This document shows, piece by piece, positions 20,506-32,214 of a stretch of 32,720 nt of DNA; position 1 is the first letter of the stretch, and each line of letters starts with the position of its first letter. The position numbers were made by a program, and so were the translations under genes. The stretch comes from Octopus bimaculoides (taxonomy: Eukaryota), in assembly GCF_001194135.2 (NCBI RefSeq), contig NC_068987.1:10835186-10867905 (forward strand), read 5' to 3'. The notes under the pieces were generated by a model. It ran no database searches and had not been told where the DNA came from. It saw only the letters and a program-made list of their open reading frames with translations.

Positions 20506-20953
20506 ATGAGTGTATATGTATGCATTATAGATGTTTTATATAATGTACATGTGTATATGTTATATAGATGTATTACACACCTTAAAATAGATACATATTT
20601 TTTGTACACTCCTTAATCCTTAATANNNNNNNNNNNNNNNNNNNNNNNNNNNNNNNNNNNNNNNNNNNNNNNNNNNNNNNNNNNNATATATATATAAAAT
20701 ATAATATAATATAATATATATATAATATATACATATATATATATGTATTATGTATGTATGTATGTCAACATTGTCATAATTATGCTGTACCCCAAATTTA
20801 CCCGCTAATTATTATTTTATCTAGCGCTCATTTGTCAACCTCACATTTTTACCCTCTTCATTTGATTGCCTACCGGTGAGAAAATAAAATAAAATAAATT
20901 TTCAATTCAAATTACCCCGAACCAAAATCAAAACCAAAACACACCCTCGCCTA

Positions 20954-20976
20954 CCCACCCCACCCCACCGCACCCC
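20954..20976 (-). other. Canonical G-quadruplex-forming motif
   Basis: The plus strand has C runs at 20954-56, 20958-61, 20963-66 and 20973-76, giving four G>=3 runs with 1-6 nt loops on the minus strand. Confidence 0.55.
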
Positions 20977-21199
20977 TTAAAAATCCAGGCTTTTTTTTTA
21001 CTCAACATATGTAAATATTGAAATTACTATAATTTCCCCCCTACTCCCTTTTTTTTTTTTAAAATCCTTTGCTACTGTCTGTCATCAACTTTTCAACGAG
21101 TTTCCTTAACCTTTTTTATTGATATTTTTTCTTCCTTTACTATCACTTTATCTTTTTCGTCTCACTCATTCCATGTTATCTTACCAGCACTTCGTTGTC

Positions 21200-22260
21200 T
21201 CCTTTGACTGTCCTCATCATATCTCCTTTTTCTTTTTTTCTTAATTCATATCCAGTCATTCATATCTTTATCCAGATTATTTTCCTATCTTACAAACCAT
21301 ACCCTTTCGTTTTTTTTCTCCCCGCCTTCGTATTCCACAACTCTCTCTCTCTCACTCTATTTCTGTCTTTTTCACTCTTACTACCTCTCTTTTCCTTACC
21401 CTTTTTTTTTTATCTCCTACTTAGTATTTCCACCCTAACTTCACCCGCACCACTACATCTTTCCCCCCTTTCTTTTGTTCCCTGCTGTCTCCTCCTCCAC
21501 CACATCATTCCTTATTTTGTTTTTTTTATCCCCAACTCCTCGACCGTCTCTTTCATTCTTCTTACAAAAACCACTCCCTTTTATTCTTCTACACACTCCA
21601 GCCTGATTTCTAACTCAAATGCTCCTCAAAGACCTTCCCTCCTCCCATTCGCTCCATTTTTAAACCCCACCACCACCACCACCACGACCGTCTGCTCTTT
21701 ACTCCCTCTCTATCATCATCATCCCCCTCCCTCCACGTTCCCTCTCGATTATCTCCCCTCCTCCCATCACTCCTTAATCTTTCTCTGCAAAACTGCTGTT
21801 TTGGGTCCTCATTACACTCACAGCCGTAATCCTCTTTCAGCACACCCATCAACCAGGCTATTTTCCTACTCCCTCTTCCACCACCATCATCATCCTTCAT
21901 ACACATCACTTAACCGCTCTAAGCTTTCTTACACATCATCTTCTTCCTCCACATCTTTTCCTCCTGCAGCCCTTCATTTCTTCTGTATCTCCTCCACGTA
22001 TTCTATCCCTTATTCCCTCCACTACCTTTACAATATCCCTACTCCCACCACATCTTTTTAGTCGGCTTTTCTCCTACCGCACACTCCATTTACTATCATT
22101 GCACCTCTCCATACACTGCCTAACCTTTTCAATACACTCCATTACGCGCATCCTAACTTGTCCGCACACTCCCTCACACTGCATTGTCACATAATTTATA
22201 TGCATTTCCCCCCAGTTTTCCACTACGCACTCCCCATGTTGTTTTCCGTGTTTCTTTGAG
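21200..22260. repeat. Pyrimidine-rich, G-poor low-complexity tract
   Basis: Strong C/T skew on the plus strand with no fixed repeat unit. Confidence 0.8.
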
Positions 22261-22363
22261 AAAAAAAGAAAAAGAAAAGGAAAGGAAAACATCTCTCTTC
22301 TAATAATCCCTTCTGATCCTTTTCTTTTTGTTCTTTTTTTTTTACGCGTTCTGTGTACTGGGA

Positions 22364-22431
<68 letters not shown>

Positions 22432-22752
22432 NNNNNNNNNNNNNNNNNNNNNNNNNNNNNNNNNNNNNNNNNNNNNNNNNNNNNNNNNNNNNNNNNNNNN
22501 NNNNNNNNNNNNNNNNNNNNNNNNNNNNNNNNNNNNNNNNNNNNNNNNNNNNNNNNNNNNNNNNNNNNNNNNNNNNNNNNNNNNNNNNNNNNNNNNNNNN
22601 NNNNNNNNNNNNNNNNNNNNNNNNNNNNNNNNNNNNNNNNNNNNNNNNNNNNNNNNNNNNNNNNNNNNNNNNNNNNNNNNNNNNNNNNNNNNNNNNNNNN
22701 NNNNNNNNNNNNNNNNNNNNNNNNNNNNNNNNNNNNNNNNNNNTACATATAC

Positions 22753-22783
<31 letters not shown>

Positions 22784-22804
22784 ATATGTATATATATATA
22801 TATA

Positions 22805-23020
22805 CTTGTGTGTCTGTATTTGTCCTCCCACCAGCGCTTGACAACCGATGTTGGTGTGTTTACATCCTCGTAAGCTAGCAGTTTGGCAAAAGGCACCGAT
22901 AGAATAATAAGTACTAGGCTTGCAAAGAATGAGTCCTGGGGATCGATTTGCTCGACTAAAGGCAGTGCTCCAGCATGGCCGTAGTCAAATGTCTGAAACA
23001 AGTAAAAGAATAAAAGAATA
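22805..23020 (+). mobile_element. SINE family A 3' module
   Basis: Matches 12524-12733. Confidence 0.9.
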
Positions 23021-23160
23021 GCACGCACGCACACAGACACACACACGCGCACGCACACACACACACACACATGCACGCACACACACACACACACACATCT
23101 ATTGTTATATTTCAGGATGGTCGTTTTTTCCCCCCTCTTTCTTGTCAGATAAACATACGA

Positions 23161-23413
23161 ACTAAATATTTGTTCTTTACTTGTTTATTATTGTTCTTAT
23201 CTTATTGTCCATTGTCTGGAGAATTTTTGTCACACCTACAGTGACCTCTTCCACAACTCTCCACCCCACGTGTCTCCTCCTGTTGTTTAGTCCATGCTGT
23301 CTTTCTAGAAAGAGTCGCCAAAGAGGTCACAAGATGTATGACGAAATATTTCCAGACAATGGACAATACGATAAAAACAAAAATAAAGCTGAAGTGAAGA
23401 AGAAATATATAGT
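23161..23413. repeat. Fold-back / MITE-like inverted repeat, ~100-bp arms and ~50-bp spacer
   Basis: 23161-23260 pairs with 23311-23413; the perfect core tattgtccattgtctgga pairs with tccagacaatggacaata. Confidence 0.85.
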
Positions 23414-23942
23414 GTGTGTGTTGATTTGGCACCCCCCCCCCAAAAAAAAACGAGCATTCCGAAGTATAACATCTGTTTCAATACATGATTTCACATCAGA
23501 GATCTTGCAAAACAACTATATAAGCATATATATNNNNNNNNNNNNNNNNNNNNNNNNNNNNNNNNNNNNNNNNNNNNNNNNNNNNNNNNNNNNNNNNNNN
23601 NNNNNNNNNNNNNNNNNNNNNNNNNNNNNNNNNNNNNNNNNNNNNNNNNNNNNNNNNNNNNNNNNNNNNNNNNNNNNNNNNNNNNNNNNNNNNNNNNNNN
23701 NNNNNNNNNNNNNNNNNNNNNNNNNNNNNNNNNNNNNNNNNNNNNNNNNNNNNNNNNNNNNNNNNNNNNNNNNNNNNNNNNNNNNNNNNNNNNNNNNNNN
23801 NNNNNNNNNNNNNNNNNNNNNNNNNNNNNNNNNNNNNNNNNNNNNNNNNNNNNNNNNNNNNNNNNNNNNNNNNNNNNNNNNNNNNNNNNNNNNNNNNNNN
23901 NNNNNNNNNNNNNNNNNNNNNNNNNNNNNNNNNNNNNNNNNN

Positions 23943-24240
23943 GGCCAGGCCGGCGGTACTGGCAACGGCCATGCTCAAATGGTGTTCTTTACGTGCCACC
24001 TGCACAGGAGTCAGTCCAATGTTTTGTTCACATGCCACCGGCACAAGTGCCAGTAATACGAAGCTGGAAACGATCGTGCTCAAATGGTGCTTTTTACGTG
24101 CCACCGGCACGGAAGCGAGACCGCTGCTCTGGTAGTGATCCCGCTCGGATGGTGCTGTTAGCGCTCAACTGGCACGGGTGCCAGTCATCGAATTTGGTTC
24201 AGTTTCGATCTCATTTGCCCCAACAGGTCTTTGCAAGCTG
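23943..24240. mobile_element. Internally repetitive GC-rich dispersed-repeat fragment (probably family R, antisense)
   Basis: Three to four degenerate units of atggtg(c/t)t..tt(t)acgtgccacc(g/t)gcac. Confidence 0.55.
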
Positions 24241-24254
24241 CCCCAACACACACA

Positions 24255-24580
24255 TATATGTACATATATGTATATAAAAAGGAATACAAAAAAACGGGAC
24301 AAGAACGCAGAGCATCCAGACACCTAGATGATACAAAAAAGGGACAACAAAACATCCAGACAGATGATAGAAAAGAGGGACAAGAAAAAACGCGGATGGG
24401 TCATTCGAAGTTTTCTTTCGTCAGTTGAGTTCCATATTATCTTTGCAATTTCGGCCGATTATATTCGAGAAAAAACTAAACTAAGAGCATTAGGTTCTTT
24501 GGAAGAAAGCAGCGAAAGTATACGAAAAGAAGGACAGAAGAAAAATAGAGAAATGGTACACAAATACAAATTCAAATAAC
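24255..24580. mobile_element. A-rich dispersed-repeat fragment, possibly a Penelope-like tail
   Basis: Resembles a recalled octopus repeat (gtcattcg.agttttctttc.tcagt.gagttcca.attatctttgcaatttcggc). There is no second copy in the window to confirm it. Confidence 0.3.
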
Positions 24581-24650
24581 TACACACACACACACTGGTG
24601 CTCCAGCAAGACCGCAGATGCATGGCAAAAATGAATAAGGAATATATAGT

Positions 24651-25030
24651 CAGGAGTGGCTGTGCGGTAAGTAGCTTGCTTACCAACCACATGGTTCTGG
24701 GTTCAGTCCCATTGCGTGGCACCTTGGACAAGTGTCTTCTACTATAGCCTCGGGCCGACCAAAGCCTTGTGAATGGATTTGACGGAAACTGAAAGAAGCC
24801 TATCGTATATATGTATGTGTGTGTATATGTTTGTGTGTGTTTTTTTCCCCCCTAACATAGCTTGACAACCGATGCTGGTGTGTTTACGTCCCCGTAACTT
24901 AGCGATTCGGCAAGACAGACCGATAGAATAAGTACTAGGCTTACGAAGAATAAGTCCTGGGGTCGATATTTTCTCGACTAAAGGCGGTGCTCCAGCATGG
25001 CCGCAGTCAAATGACTGAAATAAGTAAAAG
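24651..25030 (+). mobile_element. SINE family A, best full-length copy: tRNA head, CORE-like body, internal microsatellite, 3' module
   Basis: Head tggctgtgcggtaag ... ggttcagtccc; ggcaccttggacaagtg (CORE-like); internal (TA/TG)n; 3' module ending gactgaaataagtaaaag. Inverted copy at 29826-30322. Likely related to the octopus OR-type tRNA SINEs (recalled). Confidence 0.93.
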
Positions 25031-25031
25031 C

Positions 25032-25076
<45 letters not shown>

Positions 25077-25142
25077 TACGATATACGTATAGTTTATGTG
25101 TATATATAATTTATGGCTGAGGTAAAGAATACGTAACAAAAA

Positions 25143-25167
25143 CCCCAACCCTAACCCCTAACCCTAA
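25143..25167. repeat. Short interstitial telomere-like (CCCTAA)n
   Basis: ccccaa-ccctaa-cccctaa-ccctaa. Confidence 0.5.
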
Positions 25168-25821
25168 ATACCAGGTGTACTTATTCTTTACTTTTGCCTA
25201 ATTCATATATTTAGTGTATGTATAATATACTTCATTCTATAGTTATATGAGTATAACGTATGAATGTATGTATGTATTTTAATACGCACACACACACACA
25301 GTGTGTTGCTATTTACGGTGTCTCTAGGTACGCCAGCTTCTATACCATTTTTCTGTGTTATCTATTTTCGCGGCCGTCTATTTATACACACACACACACC
25401 TATATATATATATTAGCTCTTGTAATTAAAACACACACGCAAGCCATCGAAAAACATGCACTCACTAAGGGCAAGGAAGTAAATTAATAACGAATAATGG
25501 TATGTAAAAGGGATTGAGGACAGACTAAACGATGGCCATATAAATGCATTGGAAGAAAGGCAGAGGGTTTGTCCCTTCAAAATAAATAAATTATATATAT
25601 ATATACATATATATATGAAGCAATACAACTGCCGTTTTATTTAACAAATTTCATCAATACTTTTTTAAAATCTGGGAAATATTGATTTATTAATAATTGC
25701 TTAATATTTTAGAAAAAAATCGATATGTATTCATTAATTTATTCCGCTTAAAAAAACAAACAAAAAAAAATTCCATCCGCCTTATATTCAAAGATTAAAG
25801 CTCCCTGATTATATTTACACA

Positions 25822-25869
<48 letters not shown>

Positions 25870-25971
25870 CGTACACACATACTTGGCAACTGAAGTTTCT
25901 TTTCATCTATGTTCAGCTCATATAGTACATCGTGTGTGTGTGATTATATATAATATATAAACTCTCGACTC

Positions 25972-26003
<32 letters not shown>

Positions 26004-26630
26004 CTGTTTATGTATGTATACGTTTGCATATGTGTGTGTGTGTGTGTGTGTGTATGTATACGTATGCATGCGTGAATGTATATGTATATATGTGTGTGTA
26101 AAGTATATTTGTATGCATGTTGTGCACGAAACTTTCGGCTCTTGAATCACTAGTAAATTTCCGCTGATTTTATACACACATACATGTGTATGTATGCATG
26201 TATGTATGTATGTATTTACACATACCACATACATTATCCAAACACATACGCACACACACACAAATCTGCACTCGTGTGTTGCCTTGTGTGAACAAATTTT
26301 CTGATTCACTGAATTCGTTGCTTGTTAGTTGGAAGAATTTTGGTGTGACGGTTATTGTTTAACCCTAGGTCAGCCCTGATCGAATAGACCACATATGACG
26401 AAAAGCATTCAGAATCCGACCATCTTTATCTCGTGTGTCCTTATTTTCTGCGAGGTTAGGGTGTGATATGAAGAATATTCGGCTGCTACTTCTAGCAGTT
26501 CGAAGTATCGCGCAAGACGCCTGTCCCGACTTTTGTTAGTTGCTGTGGCGTGGCGCTAAACTGTCAGTAAGGCTTGTCTTCGATTCGGTTTCGATTCTAT
26601 TGGAACCAGTTCTCTTCACTGGCACTAGGT

Positions 26631-26702
26631 GTTGTTTAGCTCACTGGTACAGAGCGCTCCTCCAGAATTTGAGAGGTGTAGAGTTCGATTCTCTGTAACA
26701 AC
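26631..26702 (+). tRNA. tRNA-like gene or pseudogene (class I scaffold, disrupted anticodon stem) with a downstream T5 terminator
   Basis: Acceptor GTTGTT/AACAAC; D stem GCTC/GAGC with A box TAGCTCACTGG; variable loop AGGTG; T arm TAGAG-TTCGATT-CTCTG; TTTTT at 26713-26717. Confidence 0.6.
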
Positions 26703-26860
26703 TGCTGCTAACTTTTTAACGTCCTTTAGGGGGGAGGGGTATTTCACCCGATTTTCTGAAGCTGTTTATTCAGCAGCTATTTCTTTGCGTTCGAGATTTT
26801 CGCTATTTCTAAAAAAAAAAAAAANNNNNNNNNNTAAAAAAAAAAAATAATAATAATAAT

Positions 26861-27035
26861 ATTGGTATCACATTTGTGGGGTGGGGATGATGTAAGTCGA
26901 TTACATCGACCCCCTATTATTCATTTTGTTGATGAAAAGCGAAGTCGGCTTCTGCGGAATTTGAACTCGGATCGTAAAAAGCGGATAAAATGCCGCCAGG
27001 TACTTTACCCGGCGTGCTAACGATTCTGCCAGCTC
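26861..27035 (-). mobile_element. SINE family B
   Basis: aagtcgattacatcgacccc ... gcggaatttgaactc ... cggcgtgctaacgattctgccagctc matches 16850-16990. Confidence 0.88.
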
Positions 27036-28958
27036 AATAATTAGTAATATTAGCTATAGCATAGTTTTTCATATTTGAACTCAGAATGCACAGTGTTAAA
27101 CCCTGTGGTGTTGATGTAAAGGAAGGAAAGAACCGGTGAACAATTTCGGCAAAATACTGTTTCGAGTTTCGATCGAAAGGATCTTCTTTACCTCACTCAC
27201 TGAAACACCTGACGCATAAACCTCGAGATTTTTCTATCAGCGAATCTCTTAAAACTCAAAGCTTTTTATAATCTGTAAGAAAAATAGTTGTACTATTACG
27301 GAACATAATAAAACAGTTTCGATTTCAGTTTGGTGTCTCGATTTATTTAGTTTATTTCTTTGCTGGGAGAGACGAACATCACAAGTTTTTTCTTCATTAC
27401 TGGTATAGTTATTAATCTTTTTATGTTGATTTTTTTTTATCAAGCTCCCTAAGTTAAGTTTTTATTCTACCACAGAACTAAGACAAATAAATGAAGCACT
27501 GTGGACACCCCTTTTTTTTTCCGATTTCTATTTTGATGCTATTCAAGTTTGCCACCCTTCTTTTTAGAGACAGAACACCCCTATAAATTTTCAATCAGTT
27601 CAAGAATGATCAATTTGGAACACAGTATCGGAAATTATTAATTCCAAGAATTTATTACAATTATTATTTTACCGTTATTCTCGATTTATAAACAATCTTC
27701 TCGCACGTTCCTGTCTGTCTGTCTCTCTCTACTGTTGATATTTGCTGTAAATCTTATCCATGTTGTAAAGTTTCTGGTCAGTATAACATATTAGCTAGGT
27801 GTTGTTAATTACTTTGATCATTTTCCACTCCGTAGTTGACATTAATCTATTTGTTTTGATTTGATTTTTTCCCAGTCAGTGCAAGGCTTGAAAATAATTA
27901 GGTCTTTGCTGGACTGGAACCTGCTTCAGCTACTTACAAATTTTCCCACCTCCTTACAAGCCCTCTACACACACACACACACATACACAGAATCTCTCTC
28001 TCTCTCTCTTGGCCTAACCAGGCAACTCCCGTCATTGAAATACGATTAGGAATGGTTCTGGTTAGATTCGCTGCTTCCTGACACACACACACTGCTTAAC
28101 TTTGTATACATACTCTCATCACGGTTCTATCGCGGTGCTGGTAAGTACTATCTTCTGAAAATCATTTATTTAGCCATCCCACTCCACGGGTTTTCTTCTC
28201 TTCCTACCAGCCAAAATATCATTACTTCCTTTCCTGGACATTTTCTGAAAGAAACTCTTATTTTGTGTACGACGATCGCAGAAATAAAGTTAATTCTGAC
28301 ACACACGCGCGCTGCCAAGTGCGTGTGTGTGGTTGTGTATGTGTGTGTGCAGGAGAGCGAAAGAAGTTTATTTTAATACTTCCTGTTACTAAGATCTGAA
28401 AACACTGCTTTCTTCAATCCATTCTCTTTCTCTTAATTAGCAGATCGACTATGAAGAAACATATTGTATTTAGATCAGAGCAGTTTTGCTGTTAATGATA
28501 TCGAGTAATTTATGAGAGGCGAGTTTGGTCTCTGCTTCCCTTAATACTGACCATAACAATTAACGACTTCTCACTTCAGCACATGGTCACAAATTTCCAG
28601 TGGGAGGGAGAGATATGGCCGATATAATTACTCTGTTATTACATGACTACTGCTTGTATTTAGAAACACTCCAACCCGCTTGAGGGAGAGAGCAAACAAC
28701 TCAACACAAATCGACTGGCGCGGTTCGACTCCACCTCACCACCCAGGGTAATTAGATGGACAAAATTAAATTGTTTTCCCACTTCATTGAGCCTGATAAA
28801 TAAAGATGTTTCTACTTGTTTCCAGTGGATATATTTTCACCGATCGTTGTATTTTGTATACAATCGCAACAGAATCTGTGTGTGTGTATGTGTTGAGATA
28901 TATAATTAGCGACAGCTTAAAATTTGAAGTTGTTACTTTCCAGATGAAATAGCGCGGT

Positions 28959-29028
<70 letters not shown>

Positions 29029-29825
29029 ATGTGTGTGTGTATATATATAGGAAGCTGTGCCGACTGGGAATTGAAAGCGGGTCGCGGACTCGGTTCGCTG
29101 AGCACTTGCCGCCGCACTGTGATGGCGTACAAGCAACCCCCACCACATATCCATCCCGCTATGATTGCCTGCAGATTTTTGTTCCTACAGCACGCTCACC
29201 AGCTTGTCGCCTTCCACTTTCTCTCAGCATCATCTCTCTCTCTCTCTCTCATTCTCTTCCTCTCTTATCATCGGAGATATTTTGGTCACAACAGCCGTAA
29301 CGATATTGATGATAATAGCGACGATGCTGCTGCTGATGGTGGTGGTGGTGGTGTTGATGACGGCGCTAGCCGCTGCCGCTGCTGCTAAGGAAAGGGTCGG
29401 GAAGCTGGAATGATATTATTGATGGTTGAATCTCGCTCTCTCATACTGTTGGCCCACAACATCCATGACTACTTCTGTTATTATCATATTTCTCTGTCTT
29501 CGCTTCCACTATAACAATACAACTCTGGGGTCTCATCCTAATCTCATCACCTTAATTTTTACTCCTCTTCCTTCCCCTCTTTCTGTCTGTCACTCTCTCT
29601 CTCTTTGTCATTCGTTTTTATTTATTTTATTTCTGGTCCACTTAACCTCTTTGCCTAGATTTTCTTCTTTTCTAGAATAACTTTCTTTCATGCTTCTCAC
29701 TCTGCAATTCCTGAACTTTATCTTTGTTGCTTTTAATAATTAATTTACTTAATTTCTTCGATTCTCCTACCTTTTCAACTGGGGTTATTCCTTGAAGAGT
29801 TTTGCCGACCTATTCCATAACAGTA

Positions 29826-30011
29826 CTCTTTTACTTGTTTCAGTCATTTGACTGTGGCCATGCTGGAGCACCACCTTTAGTCAAGCAAATCGACCCCAGG
29901 ACTTATTCTTTGTAAGCCTAGTACTTATTCTATCGGTTCTCTTTTGCCGAAGTTACAGGAACGTAAACACACCAGCATCGGTTGTCAAGCGATGTTGGGG
30001 GGACAAACACA

Positions 30012-30053
<42 letters not shown>

Positions 30054-30322
30054 CGACGGGTTTTTTTCAGTTTCCGTCTACCAAATGCACTCACAAGGCT
30101 TTGGTCGGCCCGAGGCTAAAGTAGAAGACACTTGCCCAAAGTGCCACGTAGTGGGACTGAACCCGGAACCATGTGGTTAGTAAGCAAGCTACTTTATTTC
30201 ATGAATATTTGCCATAAAGGCATTACAAAGAGGGGACGATCAAGGCTAGACAAACATAAAAGGGGTGAAGTAGCTGTATCGATTAAATATTTACAATTTT
30301 AAATATTAACCACACAGCCATG
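29826..30322 (-). mobile_element. SINE family A, full length, with a 114-bp insertion in the head
   Basis: Reverse complement of 24651-25030; the head is split as ctactt|insert 30195-30308|accacacagcc. Confidence 0.9.
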
Positions 30323-30324
30323 CT

Positions 30325-30650
30325 ATCGTTTTCTTTCGCCGAATCGCTAAGCTGCGGGAACGTAAACAAACCAACACCACGTCGTCAAGTCGTGGTGAGT
30401 GACAAACACGCGCGCACATACATACATACATACATACATACATACATACACACATACATACATACACACATACATACATACATACATATACACATACGAA
30501 GAGCTTCTTTTAGTTTCCCTCTAACAATCCATTCACAAAGTTTTGGTCGGTCCGAGACTATAATAGTAGAAGGCGCTGGCCCAGGTGCCAAACTGTGGGA
30601 CCGAACCTGAAACATCCATGTGGTTGGGAAACAAACTAGCCACGCCTGAA
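30325..30650 (-). mobile_element. SINE family A, older degenerate copy with internal (TACA)n
   Basis: gctaagctgcgggaacgtaaaca ... ttggtcggtccgagactataatagtagaag ... gtgggaccgaacc. Confidence 0.7.
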
Positions 30651-31127
30651 CAAAAATGTTAATACATGATTTCACACCATTGTAAAAATCATTCATTTTA
30701 TTTTTACGACTTAACGAATTCCTGCCGCCAAAGCACAGCGCAGAGCAAGCAAGACCCTGCTAGCATAAACTACGACGCGGTTTCGATTCCGGCTTATAGC
30801 AATTTCACTCTATCGTTTTATATTCTGACGATTAAAAAAATTAAAAAACCCCACGAATTAATTGAAATCTCATTCATTTTGTATTTGTATTAACTACCAA
30901 CATAATGGCATTTCACTGTTGTCGACAAGGTTTATTAAACATTAATACGATGCCAGTGTGCGGTATGTACGCCAGCTATATTCTGAATGTACGTATGTGC
31001 TTGCTTGCGTGTGTGTGTGTGTGTGTGTATGTACTTTAATAGATTTTTGTTATTGATATACAGTAAATAAAGGACTTGAAAAGTACAGGTGAAATCGAAG
31101 TAATATTTAAGAGTAATAGCGACTTAA

Positions 31128-31262
31128 GGCGGCAAACTGGAATTGAAGAATCGTTAACGTTTTTTTACATTCTGAATTCCAATTCTGCCAAGATCGACTT
31201 GGCTTTTCGTCTTTTTGGGGTCGATAAAATAAGTCCCGAAATTTGTGGCCCTGTGGCAAGAT
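31128..31262 (+). mobile_element. SINE family B, internally deleted
   Basis: ggcggcaaactgg ... gaatcgttaac ... gatcgacttggcttttcgtctttttggggtcgataaaataagt. Confidence 0.7.
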
Positions 31263-32138
31263 AAATAATGAGCGGACTTCTGGCTTAAGTACACTATATA
31301 ACCCTTCATTGTTTGATTTTGGGAATTAACGCCCTTAAATCACACACACACAAAAACAATATTTCTAAGCATTATCGTATGAATACCCGTGTGGGTATTC
31401 ACACAAATTCGCAAAAATTTTCTGAGAATTCTAAAAGATAAAAAAAGTTACGAGGGGTTAACCCCAAATTCCATCGAGTAATGACTGTTTAGTCACAAAT
31501 TTCGCCCTTGAAATAGTGTGGTGCTTACACACTCGTACAAATGTTATTGTATATTATATTTACAAAACGAATATAATGATATTTCTCTACCTATATATAA
31601 AATCATATCGATGGAAAAAAATATAATATACATGATATATTCTTTTATACGTTTCAGCCCTAAGGCAGTGCTCCAGTATGGCCGCATGTAATAGCACATA
31701 TACATTTATGTACACCTGTGTTTGCCTACATATGCACACACATGTATGTTTATATAAACACTCACAAATACAGTTATATATATATATATATATAGATGTG
31801 TGTGCATATATATATATATATGTATGTATGTATGTGTATGTATGTATGTGTATGCATATACATACATGTGTGTGTAGATATATNNNNNNNNNNNNNNNNN
31901 NNNNNNNNNNNNNNNNNNNNNNNNNNNNNNNNNNNNNNNNNNNNNNNNNNNNNNNNNNNNNNNNNNNNNNNNNNNNNNNNNNNNNNNNNNNNNNNNNNNN
32001 NNNNNNNNNNNNNNNNNNNNNNNNNNNNNNNNNNNNNNNNNNNNNNNNNNNNNNNNNNGATAAATATATATATACATATATATATGTATGCGCATATATG
32101 TATATTTATTTACATATATATATATATATATATATACA

Positions 32139-32214
<76 letters not shown>

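Noticed and set aside
21195-22061. 288-aa ORF
   Set aside because: Low-complexity S/P/L/F/H translation of a G-poor tract; no recognisable domain.
24395-24435. Minus-strand CTGACGA-aagaaaactt-cGAAT as a hammerhead
   Set aside because: Position 15.1 is not A, stem II is out of register, and no stem III, NUH or stem I completes.
25143-25167. Telomere-like repeats as a chromosome-fusion or healing scar
   Set aside because: Only 3-4 imperfect units; such motifs are common inside dispersed repeats.
26530-26610. Second tRNA-like unit upstream of 26631 (and a B box-like ggtttcgattcc at ~30777-30790)
   Set aside because: Box-like words only; no cloverleaf stems could be built.
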